From the human T2T-CHM13v2.0 reference genome, Homo sapiens, in NCBI RefSeq assembly GCF_009914755.1, contig NC_060927.1: a stretch of DNA of 64,000 nt. One strand, written 5' to 3'. A model generated the notes under the pieces. It was not told where the DNA came from. It searched no databases and worked only from the letters and a program-made list of their open reading frames with translations. Positions 12,970 to 27,449 of the stretch are shown piece by piece. The position numbers and the translations under genes were made by a program. Position 1 is the stretch's first letter. Each line of letters opens with the position of its first letter.

Positions 12970-15900
12970 ATTTTTATGAAATGTTGAGTGAGAAAGGTAG
13001 TAGGATTGGAGAATACTCAGGGAATTTCTATGTCCCATTTCATTATTACTAAGCTGGATCCTATTTCTTCTAAAGAGGCTCTTCTAATGAGCTGCCTGCC
13101 TTGCTTCTTGGGAGTCAGATGGGTAGCAGGCAACCAGTTAACTTAGGCATTTCTTACTAAGTTGGTAGTATTTGAAGTGGTTTTAAAGAGGAAAAGCAGG
13201 CAAAATACATAATAATGGCCATATACATTGAAGGGGCAAGTAAGTATACTACTGTTGAGATACTAAAACCAATTATATAATTTTCTACTTCAAATAAGTA
13301 TGATGGTGTAGTACCCTAAAAGATATTTGTTTTTCCATTTCCTTTCTATATAAAAAATGTTTTAGAGTTAAAGAGGACTGTATAAGTCATAGGCCATAAA
13401 AACTTACTTTTAAGATTAAGACACTGGGACCTCAGGGGCTTTTGCTCAAGATCATACACCTAGTTTGGACAGAACTGAGACAGATACTTATCAGAACTTG
13501 GTTACTTTTATGAAAGCATAGGTCTCATTAGTCTTTGGGACCATACTGAATTAATTTTAAATGAACTTTTGTGTTTTTATTTCACTCAAAAAGCCTGGGT
13601 GAGTGTAAATTTTTAATCCATATCTTGCACATCTTTTAATTTCTGGATTACAGGAAATATCAAATTATAAAATTATCATTTGATGACTAAGATTTATATT
13701 TACATTTAAAATGTAACCTTCTTTTTAAAGTTCTTATTTAGATTAGATAACTGCAATCACTGTAAAATCATATCTAAAGTATATGGCCTGACTGTCACCA
13801 CAGCAACCATATATTCAAATCAATTGGACCCGTAAAATATAATAGAAATAAAAAAATCCTTTTTCACTTTAGACTCTACATTACTCCATCTTTTCTTTCT
13901 AGTGGTATAATTTTATAATACGACAAATAATAATTTATCTTTGATATTCACTATAGAACAAAAATCTAAAGAGCTTTTTTGTGTGTTCACATGTTGCTTA
14001 AAATGTCGATATTGACATTCCCATCACTGCATTCAAGTGATTATCATCATTCCCTTCACCAAACATGTTGTTCTTAAATGTCTTTGGAGTTCATTCACTG
14101 TACAAAATTACTCTGATTGGAGTGAGCTTGTAGGTTCTGATCAATGATGACAATTGTATGTATTTCCTACTAAATAAAATGCCAATGTCTTCATAGTATT
14201 TTAGATATCTTTTTAAACAATGGAACTTTGCAGACAAGTTATAGCTGATGAAATCTATGAAATTATAGCTAATATTTTATTGTTTTCACAAGTCTAAAAT
14301 TAAATGTTGATTTTGATAAGACACATAATTTTAGTAAGGGATTATAGGATCTTTATATATACATAGTAGGTGGTCTTGGATATTTAATTCCATGATATAT
14401 GTTTTAACATCTTGCTAGTAAGGTAATTTTTTCCCCTCTAATTGAAGCAAGGCCTCACTTGAAATTACCATTCACTGGTCTTTCCACAAAAATAGGTAAG
14501 TGGAATATGTAAATTACCGTTTTCCCCATGGAAATATCTTGGAATTCCATTTTCTGGTATAAGTATCTTTGAAGATGTATATCTGATATGCTGGTTCAAC
14601 CCCCTAAATAATAGATACACCCTCTTTCAATTTTCCAAATTAATGTTTTTTATATTATATACATTTGGTCCAGGTTAGCTGCTTTTAAATATCTAGTAAG
14701 AGATATTAATTAATAATATAATTCCAAATAGCAAATAAATATATTTTAAGAATCAGTGTATTCTTTTAATCTCTACCTTTAATTCATGCTTTTTAAGTTT
14801 TAATTTTAACATATTAGATTTCTGAAAATTTAAAACCTCTTAAAGAAAATGTAGTTCTTCAAAACCAAATTACCATTTTTAGGAATATGGCTTAAGTCAA
14901 AGATGCTAAGGTGATAACTATCAAGGAGTGGAGTGTCAGTGTTTGTTAAACTTCGTATTATCTCATTGGTTTTTACTTTCACGTACTTTTCCTTTGCTGT
15001 CATTATTTGCATAGAAGAAAAATACAAGATCACTAAGGATTAGAAAACATTACTCCACATAAATCACTAATAAAATGCATCTATTAATCTCTAAATGTGG
15101 CCTGTTATCTAAATAGCTTTAAAGAGGCCATGCCTTCTGTATGTTCTGAGCTTGAACATTTACTCTCATCATTATTTCTTGTTCTAGCTGCTGCCGATTG
15201 TTGCTTAATTACCCTGCCCAGCTTTTCTCTGGAAGTCATTAGCAAGCAGTAATACAGACATCTACATTTTTAGCCTTCTTCCCAAAATATAGAAAGCTGT
15301 GATTCTCCATAAGGTAGCAAGTTCAGATAAAAAAATTTGCTCTTAAGAAGACCTCTTGAAAAATTACAAATAATGAGATCATGTAGGAATTTCTAAATAG
15401 TTATTAAATGTTCATACATGGAGTAAGGTGATAGAAAGGGGTATCTTGATCAGCTAGATTGAATCATCGTGTCTGTCACATAAGATTATATTTACCCTAC
15501 TTATCCAAGAGTTTATTGCTTTCTAGAGACTTCGTGATTGAGCAAAAATAGCCATTAGAATTTATTTTCAATGTTAGGATAATTTGGGGGATATTATTAA
15601 TCTTCTACAACCATAATTTACTTCAGCCTTTTTCTTTTCCCATTTTAATTTTTTCTATTTATTTTATTGCAGTAGAACTTGGTGAAAGATGTTTCCAGAT
15701 TTCCAAGTCCTAAAATTTCTTTGAAGAACTCCTCCAGAGTTGTAGGTCTTACTGAAACATCATTTACTGTTTTTTGTTTTGGACTGCAATGCTCCCTAAA
15801 GCATAGAGGCATACAAGGAAATAAAGACTCATTTTTCCAAGTTGGGAAACCTCTCTAATGTTCAGAAGCTGTCTGTTAAACAGGCTAAGTTCTGTTTTTA

Positions 15901-16444
15901 GCCCTACTACAAATATTTCCTTCAACCAAAGCCCTGTTGATTCATAAGTTACTGAATAACTGAATATAAAATTGTTGATGAAGGGGCTAGTTTGCTTTTT
16001 TACCTCACAAATAATGCATTACTTTTTTTCTAAATTATTTCCTATAATCTTTAAGACTGATGAAATGCAATTGGCTGTAAAAGGGTATTCAGATAATTTT
16101 AAATTGATGAGCAGAACAAATTAAACTCATAAAAGACTATATAATAGATACGAGCTGACCCATGAATGGGTAGAGCCACATAAAGAGAGCTGTGTGGCAC
16201 TATCTTTCCCTGTTATGTGCTTGTCCTGAGGACACATAAGGACTTTAAATCTCACAGCTACACACAAGACTCTCTCTATAAATCAGATATTATATGTGTT
16301 TCCCTGCACACTGAGTTATTTTCTTTATTTAAAAAACTATTACTACTCTGTTGAATATTTATGCTCCTAAAATGAATACCACTTACATGTGGCACAATTA
16401 ATTAAAAATAGAAATGAAAACTTGTGGAGATTAAGCAGTTTATT

Positions 16445-16770
16445 TAGTAAAGACTTTATTTTTCAGAGCAGTTTGAGGTGTACAACAAAATTAAGAGGAA
16501 AATACAGAGATTTCCCATATACCTCCTGCCCTCACACACGCATAGCCTCCTGCATTATCAGCACCTCCCAACAGAGTGGTACACTTGTTACAACTGATGA
16601 ACCTACATCCACACATCACTTCACCCAAAGTCCATAGTTTACAATAGGGTATATTCTATGGGTTTGGACACATTTATAGTGATACACAGCTATCATTATA
16701 ATATCATGCAGTATTTTCTCTGCCCTCAAAAACCTCTGTAGTCCCTTTATTCACTCCTTCCCCATTAAAT
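16445..16770 (-). mobile_element. L1MC-type 3' end
   Basis: agactttatttttcagagcagttt...tacagagatttcccatatacc...cagagtggtacacttgttacaactgatgaacctaca. Confidence 0.8.
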
Positions 16771-17589
16771 AGCTTTTGTGAAGGAAGTCAAAAAATTGAA
16801 ATTTGTCTGCATATAATGATTATTTCTGGAGCCATTTAAAATGTTCATATAAAACCATTAACTCCTTTATTATTTATGCAAGCATGTGGCCTAGGCTCTC
16901 TGTCTGTGTGATTTGATTTGCTGGAAGCTTAGTAGTATAAGAATGTCCTCCTTCTTGTTCTGGGAAAAAAAATCCACAAAATAAAATATTGCTTTTTAAG
17001 GATTTTAAATTTCAAAAACTAAAACTAAAGAGATGTAATAATCTTACACATTGAAAATAATTTACATTATTTTGTTCAATTGTAATTTTGTTTCGCTTTC
17101 TTCACTCTTTAAATTTCTTTATATAAAATCAATTTATTATGAATGATAAATAAGTTAACATAAAGTTTGTTAAATAAATTAAAACAACAAACAGAAATAT
17201 TTTGTCATTTATTTATTGATTACCCTGAGGATAATTTTTGACTATTTCTCTCTAGGGTCAATAGTTTATGTAAACAGTCCCTTAACATTGTTTGGTCAAC
17301 CAGTTGTCTATGTTTTAAAGGAGAGTATATGATTTCTGCTTTAATCTTTCATCAAAATGCAAGAAATGTATTAATTTATTGAAATATAATTGAATAATTA
17401 TTATTAACACATTACTATGTGATTAACTTATTTTGCTAAATTTTCTGGGCTATGTTAAACTGTTTGAAAGGGAAAATTAAAGAAGTAAGTGAATAGGTAG
17501 GGTGTTGAAATCTGGTGTAAAATTAAACCAAAAGAAGACAAAACATAACTATAAAAAATAAAACTTTATTATCATAAATAATAATTACA

Positions 17590-17712
17590 TTTTCACTCAT
17601 TCACCCAATATTGATTATAGACCTACTATGTGCCAGACACAGTTCTAGATGCTGGGAATACAACAGTGAGCAAAGCAGACCACAATCACTGCTCCCCTGG
17701 CACTTAATTCCA
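17590..17712 (-). mobile_element. L2 3' terminus
   Basis: cattcacccaatatt...cctactatgtgccagacacagttctagatgctgggaataca. Confidence 0.75.
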
Positions 17713-18090
17713 GAGTGTTTGGATGAAGACATTCTTTGGCAGGATCAGAATTTGGTCACAGGTGGTCTGTAAGGCTACTTAGCATTCATGAGTTATCCTT
17801 ATATTTCTAACAAAATAGTATTCTGCACTTCACTGCTCTCATCATAATACAACATTGTTTTTCTTATGTTTGGCATATTACTCCATAAATGAAGGATAAC
17901 CAGCAACCCATGACATATAATGCTGACTTACAATATTGTTAAACAATAACATTGTTAGATACTGTAGAAGTTATGCTTCTGATGAACATTAAAAATAGAT
18001 GACTGCAAGTTTTTATAGTAGATACAGAATATAGATTTATTTTTTCTACATTAGGCATGTTCTTCTCCAAAGAAGATCATCCTTACAAAG

Positions 18091-18095
<5 letters not shown>

Positions 18096-18131
<36 letters not shown>

Positions 18132-18333
18132 TATTATTATTAAAGTTCTAGGGTACATGTGCACAACGTGCAGGTTTGTTACATATATATACATGTGACA
18201 TGTTGGTGTGCTGCACCCATTAACTCGTCATTTACATTAGGTATATCTCCTAATGCTATCCCTCCCCCCTCCCCCACCCTACAACAGGCCCCGGTGTGTG
18301 ATGTTCCCCTTCCTGTGTCCAAGTGTTCTCATA
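18096..18333 (-). mobile_element. Very short L1PA 3' end with tail converted to (TA)n/(TAA)n
   Basis: About 190 bp of L1PA 3' UTR. Perfect 13-bp TSD ttacaaagatttt at 18083-18095 and 18334-18346. Confidence 0.95.
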
Positions 18334-19205
18334 TTACAAAGATTTTTTATGCACTATTCAAACAGTGCATCATGTCTCTTCTGAAAATCACACTAGGGTA
18401 CATCACTTTTACTGAAGGGAGCAAGACACATTCCACAGGAATGTCAGGTATGCTGCTGCCCAAAAAGGTTTAGGACATTTGGTCTATCCATTTTTCTCTT
18501 GATCTTCCTTGAAGCTTATACCTTTAAATAAAAGTGCTAAAAATAATTCAGTTTTTTCTATAGTTGTTGCTTTCCACAATACCTTTGTGAAGGCGAGCCC
18601 CTGTCTTCCCTCTGCCCCAGACACTAAAGGGACTTCTTAAGACAACTATTCATTGTAGTGATCCTGTTTTTTAAATGTCAATTTTATCATATTTCCTTAC
18701 CTTTTACTGCAAATTTTACAGAGACACTTTTTTTTTTTTTTTTAGGAAATATCTGGAATATACGTTAAATCTTACACTCCTGCCATTCTCATGAACATTT
18801 TCATGGGGAAATTAAATGAGGAAACACTGCATATAAAGAAGAAAGATTTAAAAATAAAGAAAATGTGCCACTTATCTAAACACTCTTTAGTGTGGAAATG
18901 GGTAGATTTATCTGAACAGGAAATCAAATGTGACAATGTGACACCTTTTCTTGATTCCTCAGGGCTATAATGAACTAATCATACAGTCCAGATAAGGTAA
19001 ATACGAGGTGATGTAATTAGTTAAAACTCACAGATGTACACATGCATTCATACCCTTCTTAATTACTACTAATCAGGAAATTAATTAAACTGAACCTAAA
19101 AATAAAATTGTGCTTATTCCTGTGAAGGCCTCTATGTCAATGAACCGCCTCAATAAACAGATCTAAATACCCTAATCTTCAGCCGCAGAGGCTGCTGCCT
19201 CTTTA

Positions 19206-19220
19206 GAGCCCTCTAGTGGA
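19206..19220 (-). promoter_or_regulatory. Candidate CTCF site
   Basis: Minus strand reads TCCACTAGAGGGCTC, an exact match to core CCASYAGRKGGC, inside a small GC/CpG-enriched patch. Confidence 0.6.
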
Positions 19221-21129
19221 GAGCACGGCTTATAGCAGTGCCCTATGCCGGCGACTTGACAATAAAAAAATCTTTCATGAAATCGAGGGAAGTGAGGACT
19301 GGTATGTGACTCTATTCCTTCATTTGTTTAGATGTGATGATACCACCCAACAGACAGACTTCCTGCATGTGGACTTGTAAATGTATTCCACCTTTTTTAC
19401 TCTAAGGTGAATTGAAAAACATCCAAGTTTTCAGTTGAGGCTTTACTTGTACATATGTTTCAAAAAAAATTACTGAATATTTGAGATGCTTAATTAAATC
19501 ATAGGAATTGCAAAATAAATGCATCTTAAATAAGAATATAAAACGAAAATTTTGAATCCCTTCATTGCCATGATTAAAAATTGAATGAGGGCATACTCAT
19601 TTTTCTAGAAAACTGTATCACTGTATTTGTAATTATTTTTAAGTATTTTAGGTGCAATCTCCCTTACTTTGATTTATTTTTCAAACTGAGTTAATTCTGA
19701 GTTTCAATCATCTTTGTAAAACCTGTAATTTTGTGTGTAAATAAACCATATTTGGATAGTAAAAACCCAGAGTTAGAAACGGAAATAGCTTCCATTTAAC
19801 TTGGGAAATATTGCATGGATAAAGATGATTGACATTAAGATGTGGACTACCTGCCACACTTTAAATTATTTATCATTATTTAACCACTGTATTGATGTGA
19901 CATAATAGGGATCACTGACCCACAGCATAGTCTAGGAGACAAATTGGAAAAGCAGGTGAGGTTATTTGGACACTTGCGGAAACCAGAGCATCCGTGAAAA
20001 ATCACAAATGTTTGACGCTGTTGAATATAAGGCCTCGATGACTTAATAAGGATTATTTTTCCAGTTCCCAACTGAATTGATGACTATGGTTAGACAAGTA
20101 CATAATCTGTTAATTTTTCTGTATTGAGTCATTCTATTTTATGTTCAAGCTTGTGAGATAGTTCAGAAACAAAATTGAAGTCACGTGTTCTCAAAATTCT
20201 TCCACAGAGCATGTAATAATCCTTTATCACCTTTTGCTTTATGTAGAAAACTATTTTGGATGTCCTCTTACTTTGATCTGAGCCATAAACATAGCATCTG
20301 TTATGACATCCTTTTAAAAATTCCCTTCAATCAATAGGCCATATTGCCATTGCTTGTTTTACTGAACCACATAACAATACATTAAGGAATGAAAATGTCA
20401 TTTGATATTTAAAATTAATTGATAAATAAAAGGACATTAGTTTTTCATCTTTAGATAAATTTCTTAATATTTGCAAACACAAATTCATTTTGTATTAAAT
20501 CATGGGTTTAACAATGGTATTCTCATGTTTGTTAAGCTGTATATATCTTCTTGGATAGTTGAAATTTGGTCTTTTAATATATATCTCAAGAAATTATCAT
20601 CCCACTATATTATCACCCATTTAACATATCTGAAACAAAATGAAATAGGTTATTTTACATTCTTGTGCTGAATAATGTTTTCACTTTTCTGGATTATGTT
20701 AGGTCATTTATTTTGTTGTTAAAGAACTTAAAATATTGGGAAGGAAATCCATACACTTGAAACAGTTAACTGACAATGCAGATCAGTAAATGATGAAATG
20801 CTTCTAAGAGTGATTTAGATAAAGGTGAAATAAGAGTCTACAGAAAAGATGGTGTAGTCTTGACTACATAAAGCCATAAAGATAGCATCTGTTATGACAT
20901 CCTTAAAGAAGAAAGAGATTTAGAGTAATGTAGTGTTATCTAAATAGTTGACTGGAGCAGTAGGTTAGTTTTGAAGTTTACTGGGAGATGAGTTTGAATA
21001 GACTGAGCCATGTATTCCCACTTTTTTTTTTTTTACCATATCTGACTTTTTAATATTGTAATGTCTCTATTTGAATATATTATACATATTTACACTAATT
21101 TTCCAAATCAACCAATGTATTTTAGAACT

Positions 21130-21250
21130 TTGCTGCAAAGTGTCATCACTTGCAGCAGACATCATCACCTCGGAGCTTGTTGGAAATGCAGAATCTCAGG
21201 TCCCGCTCAAGATTTCCTAAATAAAATTCTGCATTTTAACATGCCCTGCT
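21130..21250. mobile_element. MER5A-like hAT-Charlie MITE fragment
   Basis: catcacctcggagcttgttggaaatgcagaatctcagg...tctgcattttaac. Confidence 0.75.
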
Positions 21251-22399
21251 CTAAGAAAATACTATTGGATAGTGTATGGTCTTTCTTGTTGATGGGTACA
21301 ATATTCCATATGTATGTGTATGATGAATATACATATGTATGTATATTCATAATTATTTCTCAAAAATGGGTTTTAAAAGGACTACTATATAAGTCCTGTC
21401 TCATCCAAAACATTCCCTTCACTCCTCCACCATCTCAAGCCCCATATGCTCTTGCTCAGAGTTTGCTCAGAGCCTTGGGATGTTTTCCTTAGATGTTAAG
21501 ATGAACTCTTGGCTTGTTTTGACTGTCTTTTGGCAAGAGAAACAGAAGAGTAGGAAGTAGTGATAGTAGTAAAATTTGTTTTAAAAATGGAAAAATGTTT
21601 CAGAAGTAATTATAAAATTGAATGTAAGAGTATGTTTTAAATAGCATTGGTTTATCCTAACCAGCAAATCACATTTATAAGTCTTTTTTTGCTTTTTTGG
21701 ACAGCTTTATACCAATTGGATTAAATCTTTCTAATTTATAATCAGCATTTTTCAATTAATTCGGGCATGCTAATTTTTATATTGATTGCATAAACTTGCA
21801 TGTTTACAACATATTAATTCAGTGGATATCAGTTAAAATACAGTAAATTAATTTGTGCCATCTGCTGTGACTATTTTCAAAGCCAAAATTTAGTAATTGT
21901 CCTGAAAAATCACTGTCCTTCAAGAAGCTTTCTTAGATTCTGAGATTATTCCATTCTTCTAATCACCTTCAAATACTTAGGCACCAAAGATTTCCTGTAG
22001 GGTTTCCCATAAGTATTTTTTCTATTTTTTTAATAATTTTTTTTATACTTTCTCTATTGTTTCCTTTGACCCTGTGAACATAATGATGTCACTAATGTTT
22101 GACTCTTTCTCTAACTGTAAAATGATAGGTTCTAAAAAATTTTGCAGCTGTAAACATAATTTTCTGGGAGAGAATTCCCAATCTTGTCATCTTTCCACTC
22201 ACTGGAAAGACTGTTTTTAGTTTTGACCAAACTTTACATCTGTTTCGGTTGACTGTCCCCTTCTGGAAATTTTCATCTCTACTGTCCTCTCTGACTCATT
22301 CTCTTTACCTTGTTTTACAATATTTACTCCTATTCAGTTAATTGAGATAATTATTCAGTTTCCTTCTGCCTTTTGGATACTCTGTTTAATCTAAATCGA

Positions 22400-22696
<297 letters not shown>

Positions 22697-23716
22697 TCTG
22701 AATTGTACACTGGGTTCTCTTTTTCCCTCATTGTTCATAGTCTTTCTGGGCAATTACATTTACTCTCATGGATTAAACTACTTTCATTTACCAATAATTT
22801 CCTAACTTGCAGTTTATGCCCTTCTGGGTTTCTTATTTTCTATTAAACTACTGGCTTTATTGATTGCACTTAGATCTCACCAGGTTGTAAATAAAAAATT
22901 GATATTTTCCCCCCTTTTCTCTACCTCCCAAATTTGAACCACCATATTTCTTGTCAATTAATTGCATCACTAATCAGCTAAGCACAGCAGAAGGAAACAT
23001 GTCAGCCTCTTCTATTTTATAATACTCTCATTGGATCTCACTTACCTCTTTTCCGGGCTTCTCATCTCTTCTAAGCTTACCTTCTTGAAAGCACAGAATA
23101 TGTACTATTTCTATATCCTCACTTACCATTTACTTCTTTATCTTAATTGAACTTGTGGTCCCATTACTATACCAAAAGTATCACGAAAGTCATCAAAATC
23201 TTCCCTGTAGAAAGAGGCATTCATGTTTGAAGGAAACTTACACGAGTGTCAAAATGAGCACAAAGCAAAACCAAGCCTGGGAATTAACATAAACAATATA
23301 GGATATTGAAATAGTAGACTCTCCAGATTAAGATACATCAAACATTAAGTAAAGAGTTTTTATAACCTGAGCACCATTCTGGATAGATGTGAAAAAGAGG
23401 GATGTCAACAGAGAAGAACAATAAATTTAGCTGCTATGGGAGTGGGAAGGATAGAGGTAAGGGCACCAGGTTCAGAGAAGGCCTCATCCAAAATGTTGTC
23501 AAATTCAATTGTGACTTTTCAGTCACCTTTTTGGATTTTTTTTTTTTTTTGGCTTGCACCACAGCTAAGAATGAATTATTTTTCAAAATTTTCACAAGCT
23601 TGATTTCTAATAAGTTATTTTTTCTAGTCCTTTGCTATTTATTTCTACCTGCCTTTTAAATACAGGTGTATGCTAGGGCTTCATCCTTGGCCATCCAGCT
23701 GATCTTCCTACCAACA

Positions 23717-23979
23717 CTCTGTCACCCAGGCTGGAGTCCAGTGATGTGATCTTGGCTCACTGCCACCTCTGCCTCCAGCGCTAAAGAGATCCTACCACCT
23801 CAGACACCCCAGTAGCAGGGACTCCAGGCATGTGTTACCATGCCTGGCTAGATTTTGTAGAGATAGGCTTTCTCCATGTTGCCCAGGCTGGTCTTGAACT
23901 CCTGTGCTCAAGCAATCCACCCACCCATCTCGGCCTCCCAAAGTGCTGGGATTATAGGGCTGAGCCTCCACTCCAAGCC
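23717..23979 (-). mobile_element. AluJ lacking tail
   Basis: Antisense Alu body (gtcacccaggctggag...ctcaagcaatcc...cccaaagtgctgggatta). No poly-T at the left end. Confidence 0.88.
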
Positions 23980-25097
23980 TATTTTCATATACTAATGATT
24001 TCCAAAGAAATAACTCCACTTAGGTCCTTTTCTCCTAATATTTCATTTACCCTCTGCTTTCCCTCAGGTCTTTCCAACTAAACATATGTAAAACAGAAAC
24101 CTTTACATTCCACGTCTGTTTTCTATCCTCAAACCTCTCTTACTCCTCACTAACTCTTCATTCAAGCCAGGAATTGAAAGGCCTTCTACGCACTACCGTC
24201 TGCCTAATTTCTCATAATCAATCTATTATGAAGTGTTGCCATTTCTCCCACTTATATGTGCCTGGTTTCAGTTCTACTGTTACTGCTCAGTGTCACACTC
24301 TCTAGATCTCTCTTTTGGATCAAGATTTTTTAAAAACAGTATTGAATGCTTTTAATAATTCAGACACTAGGCTAACACTTTATCTGTACCATCCCAAATC
24401 TGATATAATCCTTACAACATTCCGATGAGATAGGATCTGTTATTATCTGGATTTCACTAAGAGTGACAGAGCCAGGTCAGTGACCTAGATTGCTCTGATT
24501 CAAGAGCCCCACTGGTAACCTCTACATGGTATTGGCCATCCTACTGCAAAGGGCTCCTAATTTGTCTTTTGGCTTCTCATTGGAGTTTTCACTTTCATTT
24601 TCCCCTCCTTTCTTAAATATGTCAAACTGATCTTTCTAAAATGCAAATTGAACTATTTCTGCCTTGCCCCTCAGCACCCCTGTCCAAGCTTTTTAGAGCA
24701 GCTAATACAACTCTTCATGACCCTGCTTCTTCCTAGCCGGTGTCTCCTCTTTCCCATACCCGCTGACACAATTTCGAAATCTATACTCTAATAATAGAGA
24801 CATTTGTCATTTCCTCCAGAAATCTTGTTTTTCACTTTTCTTTAAAATGCCCCTTTTCAGTTTCCTCTCAATTGCCATCTCCCCCAGGGAACTGTTAATT
24901 CCTAACTTGAGTTATGTACTAAATCCAGTTTTCCTTGGGGGAGTATTGTTTGTTTAACCTAAAATGGTCTTCTCATTTTCCCTTTTATCTTTCTTCTTTC
25001 TGAGAGATCCTAGTTCAGTTCCTTATCACTTCAGTCTTACTTGAAAAATAGCCTGAAGTCTAACTGGCCTACCTCTAATATTCCCTCCTTCACATTG

Positions 25098-25250
25098 GGC
25101 AGTGGTTCTCCAGGGACCCCAAGGATTACCTGAGAAGCTTTTGTGAAATTGCAGATTCCTGGGTTCCAACCTCGGAGGTTTAGGTCCAGTAAGTCTGTGG
25201 TGGGAAGAAGGCATCACTTCTTAATAAGCATTGCACCCAGGTGGAGACAT
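25098..25250. mobile_element. MER5-like fragment
   Basis: cagtggttctc...attacctgagaagctt...tgcagattcctggg...ccaggtg. Confidence 0.6.
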
Positions 25251-27449
25251 CCTGTTTTATGCTATTAGTAAACTTTTGTCCCCAGACTGAGACATGATCA
25301 ATTTACTACTTGCTGAAATGCTTTTGATGTCTCTCTTTAGTTTAAAATATATTGTAAAATCATTGACATGTGGCATCGAAATCTCTGCAGTTTTCAACCA
25401 GTCCTTTGAAGAATATTTCCCTACATTTTGTCTCCAATCCATACCTCCTCCTATTCCGGCCCTTTACCTACCACAAATACTCTAATATACTCTGTATTCC
25501 ATATGTGCCAAATGCTTTCATTTTTGGCTCACTTGGACACTCTCTGGACTTGCCTGCCTGCAGTTCCTTCTGAATCATTTTCTTACTAGTGAACTCCTAC
25601 CCATCCTTCAAGCTGCAACTCAACTACCACTTTCTTAATAAGGGCTTCCCTGCATCTGCTGCCCCCACCTCATCCTTTCCACTCCTGCTATGGTTGCTCT
25701 TCTCTGCTTATTGGCATCACTCCCTTTTCCCCATCTGTCCAGAATGGCGCCTACATAATGGAAACCTTTTACTTTTCACTAGAGAGTTGACAATTTAGAG
25801 ATTCTATATCATTTACATTCTATTTTCAGGCCAGGTATTGCTTTGTACTCATTTTGCCACTCCTGTAGCTTTCTGCAAACATGAATGCCTTTTTTCCCAG
25901 TGACAAGCAGTTTTTAAGTTTTCAAGTGTGAAAAGAGAAATAGCATGAGGGGCGCCAATGGATCTGCGTGTCAGCACATTGGCAGATTCTCCAAAATGTT
26001 TTCAAATTGTCAATTCCAAATAAGATTTTAGTTTCTTTCAAGTTTCAGAAAACGTGTATCTAACTTTGGAACAATGTAAGTGTTGTGCTGGAACTTTGAA
26101 AAAACACCAGAGTCACCACTGTCTAAGTTCTCTGGGCAGTATCTGCTATTATTTTCAATTCTGACAGACTTGGCACTTGAGGATTGCGCAGCCTCTGGTG
26201 ACACAATGTGGAAAGAAGTTAGAGACACAAAGTAACATGGCATACACAGAAAAGTGAGAAGGATCTCTCTTTTCCCCTGGCTGCTTCTATCCACCCCAAT
26301 TCCCCACCCCAGTCATCAAACTATTATCTGGCACCATTAACTTAAATTCAAGTGAAAATTGTGTTCTCTAACTAAAAACATTGAGTTTGTGGACTGAATA
26401 CATTATTAGCAAGGGCTTTTCAAACTTTCATTTAAGTTTCATTATCAAGAGCTCTAAAATTGATCACTGATCTTAAGATTATCAACATACCTTTATTTTC
26501 TGAAGTTGTGAGAGGAATATAATAATCTTGTTTTCTTTTTAGTATAAGAAGAGATAGATGGGCGGAAGGATATCTGAGTAACCATTTTCTGGGAGATATT
26601 TTAAAGATAAGTGATGCTGGTTATTAAAATATAAATTACAAAATTGTTTGGCTGAACTAGATTGCAATAGGTTGTTCAGCAATGGGATTGGAAATAACAG
26701 AGACCATTGATAGTCATGGTGTAAAATAAGTGAGAAAGTACGAGGACATTATTATTTAGCTTTTGGATTTGGAATGTTAAAGAATAAGAATACCCCAATA
26801 TTATTAGACTATCAGTGGTTGAAAGTTGAATGGAGGAGCTGTGAATTATGCATTGTTTCTCTTGCAGAACCCAGAGATCCTAATGTGAGATGGTGAGGGA
26901 GGGGGATATGTATTATTAAGAAATTTAGGTTTGATCTGTATTACTTTTACAACACAGAACGAGAAAAGAATGTAGACCTCCGGCTGGGGTTAGACTTGCT
27001 CCCTTCCGTAAGATGATGAAGGTCAACTTCCCTGTTTGAAAAAAAACAAAGTATGCTCTATGTGCGCGGAAAATCACTGTGCCAGATCTAGTAAAAAGCC
27101 ACGATACCATTGGGTGTGGAAATGCAGAGACCCTCTGATTCAGGCTGTGTATTAGTGTCTTTCTGAATCACAAAGAACTCATGGAGAGTTATGATCACAT
27201 TGAACACAGTAAAGGAATAACTATAATCATTTTTTTCAATTATACAAACATGATTGACTTTTTAACGAAAGACTGCTATTCTTTCAAAACACACGTTTCT
27301 CTCGCATTTCAGTTCCTTTTGCACTCACATTGCCATATGATACTCCTATCAAGGCTGTGATTTCTTCGGTGAATTAAGCAACAGAGCATGGATAGCAAAC
27401 AATAAAACAGCTACTTTTCATGCAACACAAAAGAGGGAGCATTTTTCTC

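Noticed and set aside
25940-25958. CTCF-like agcatgaggggcgcca
   Set aside because: The 5' half departs from the CCASYAG core; too weak to call.
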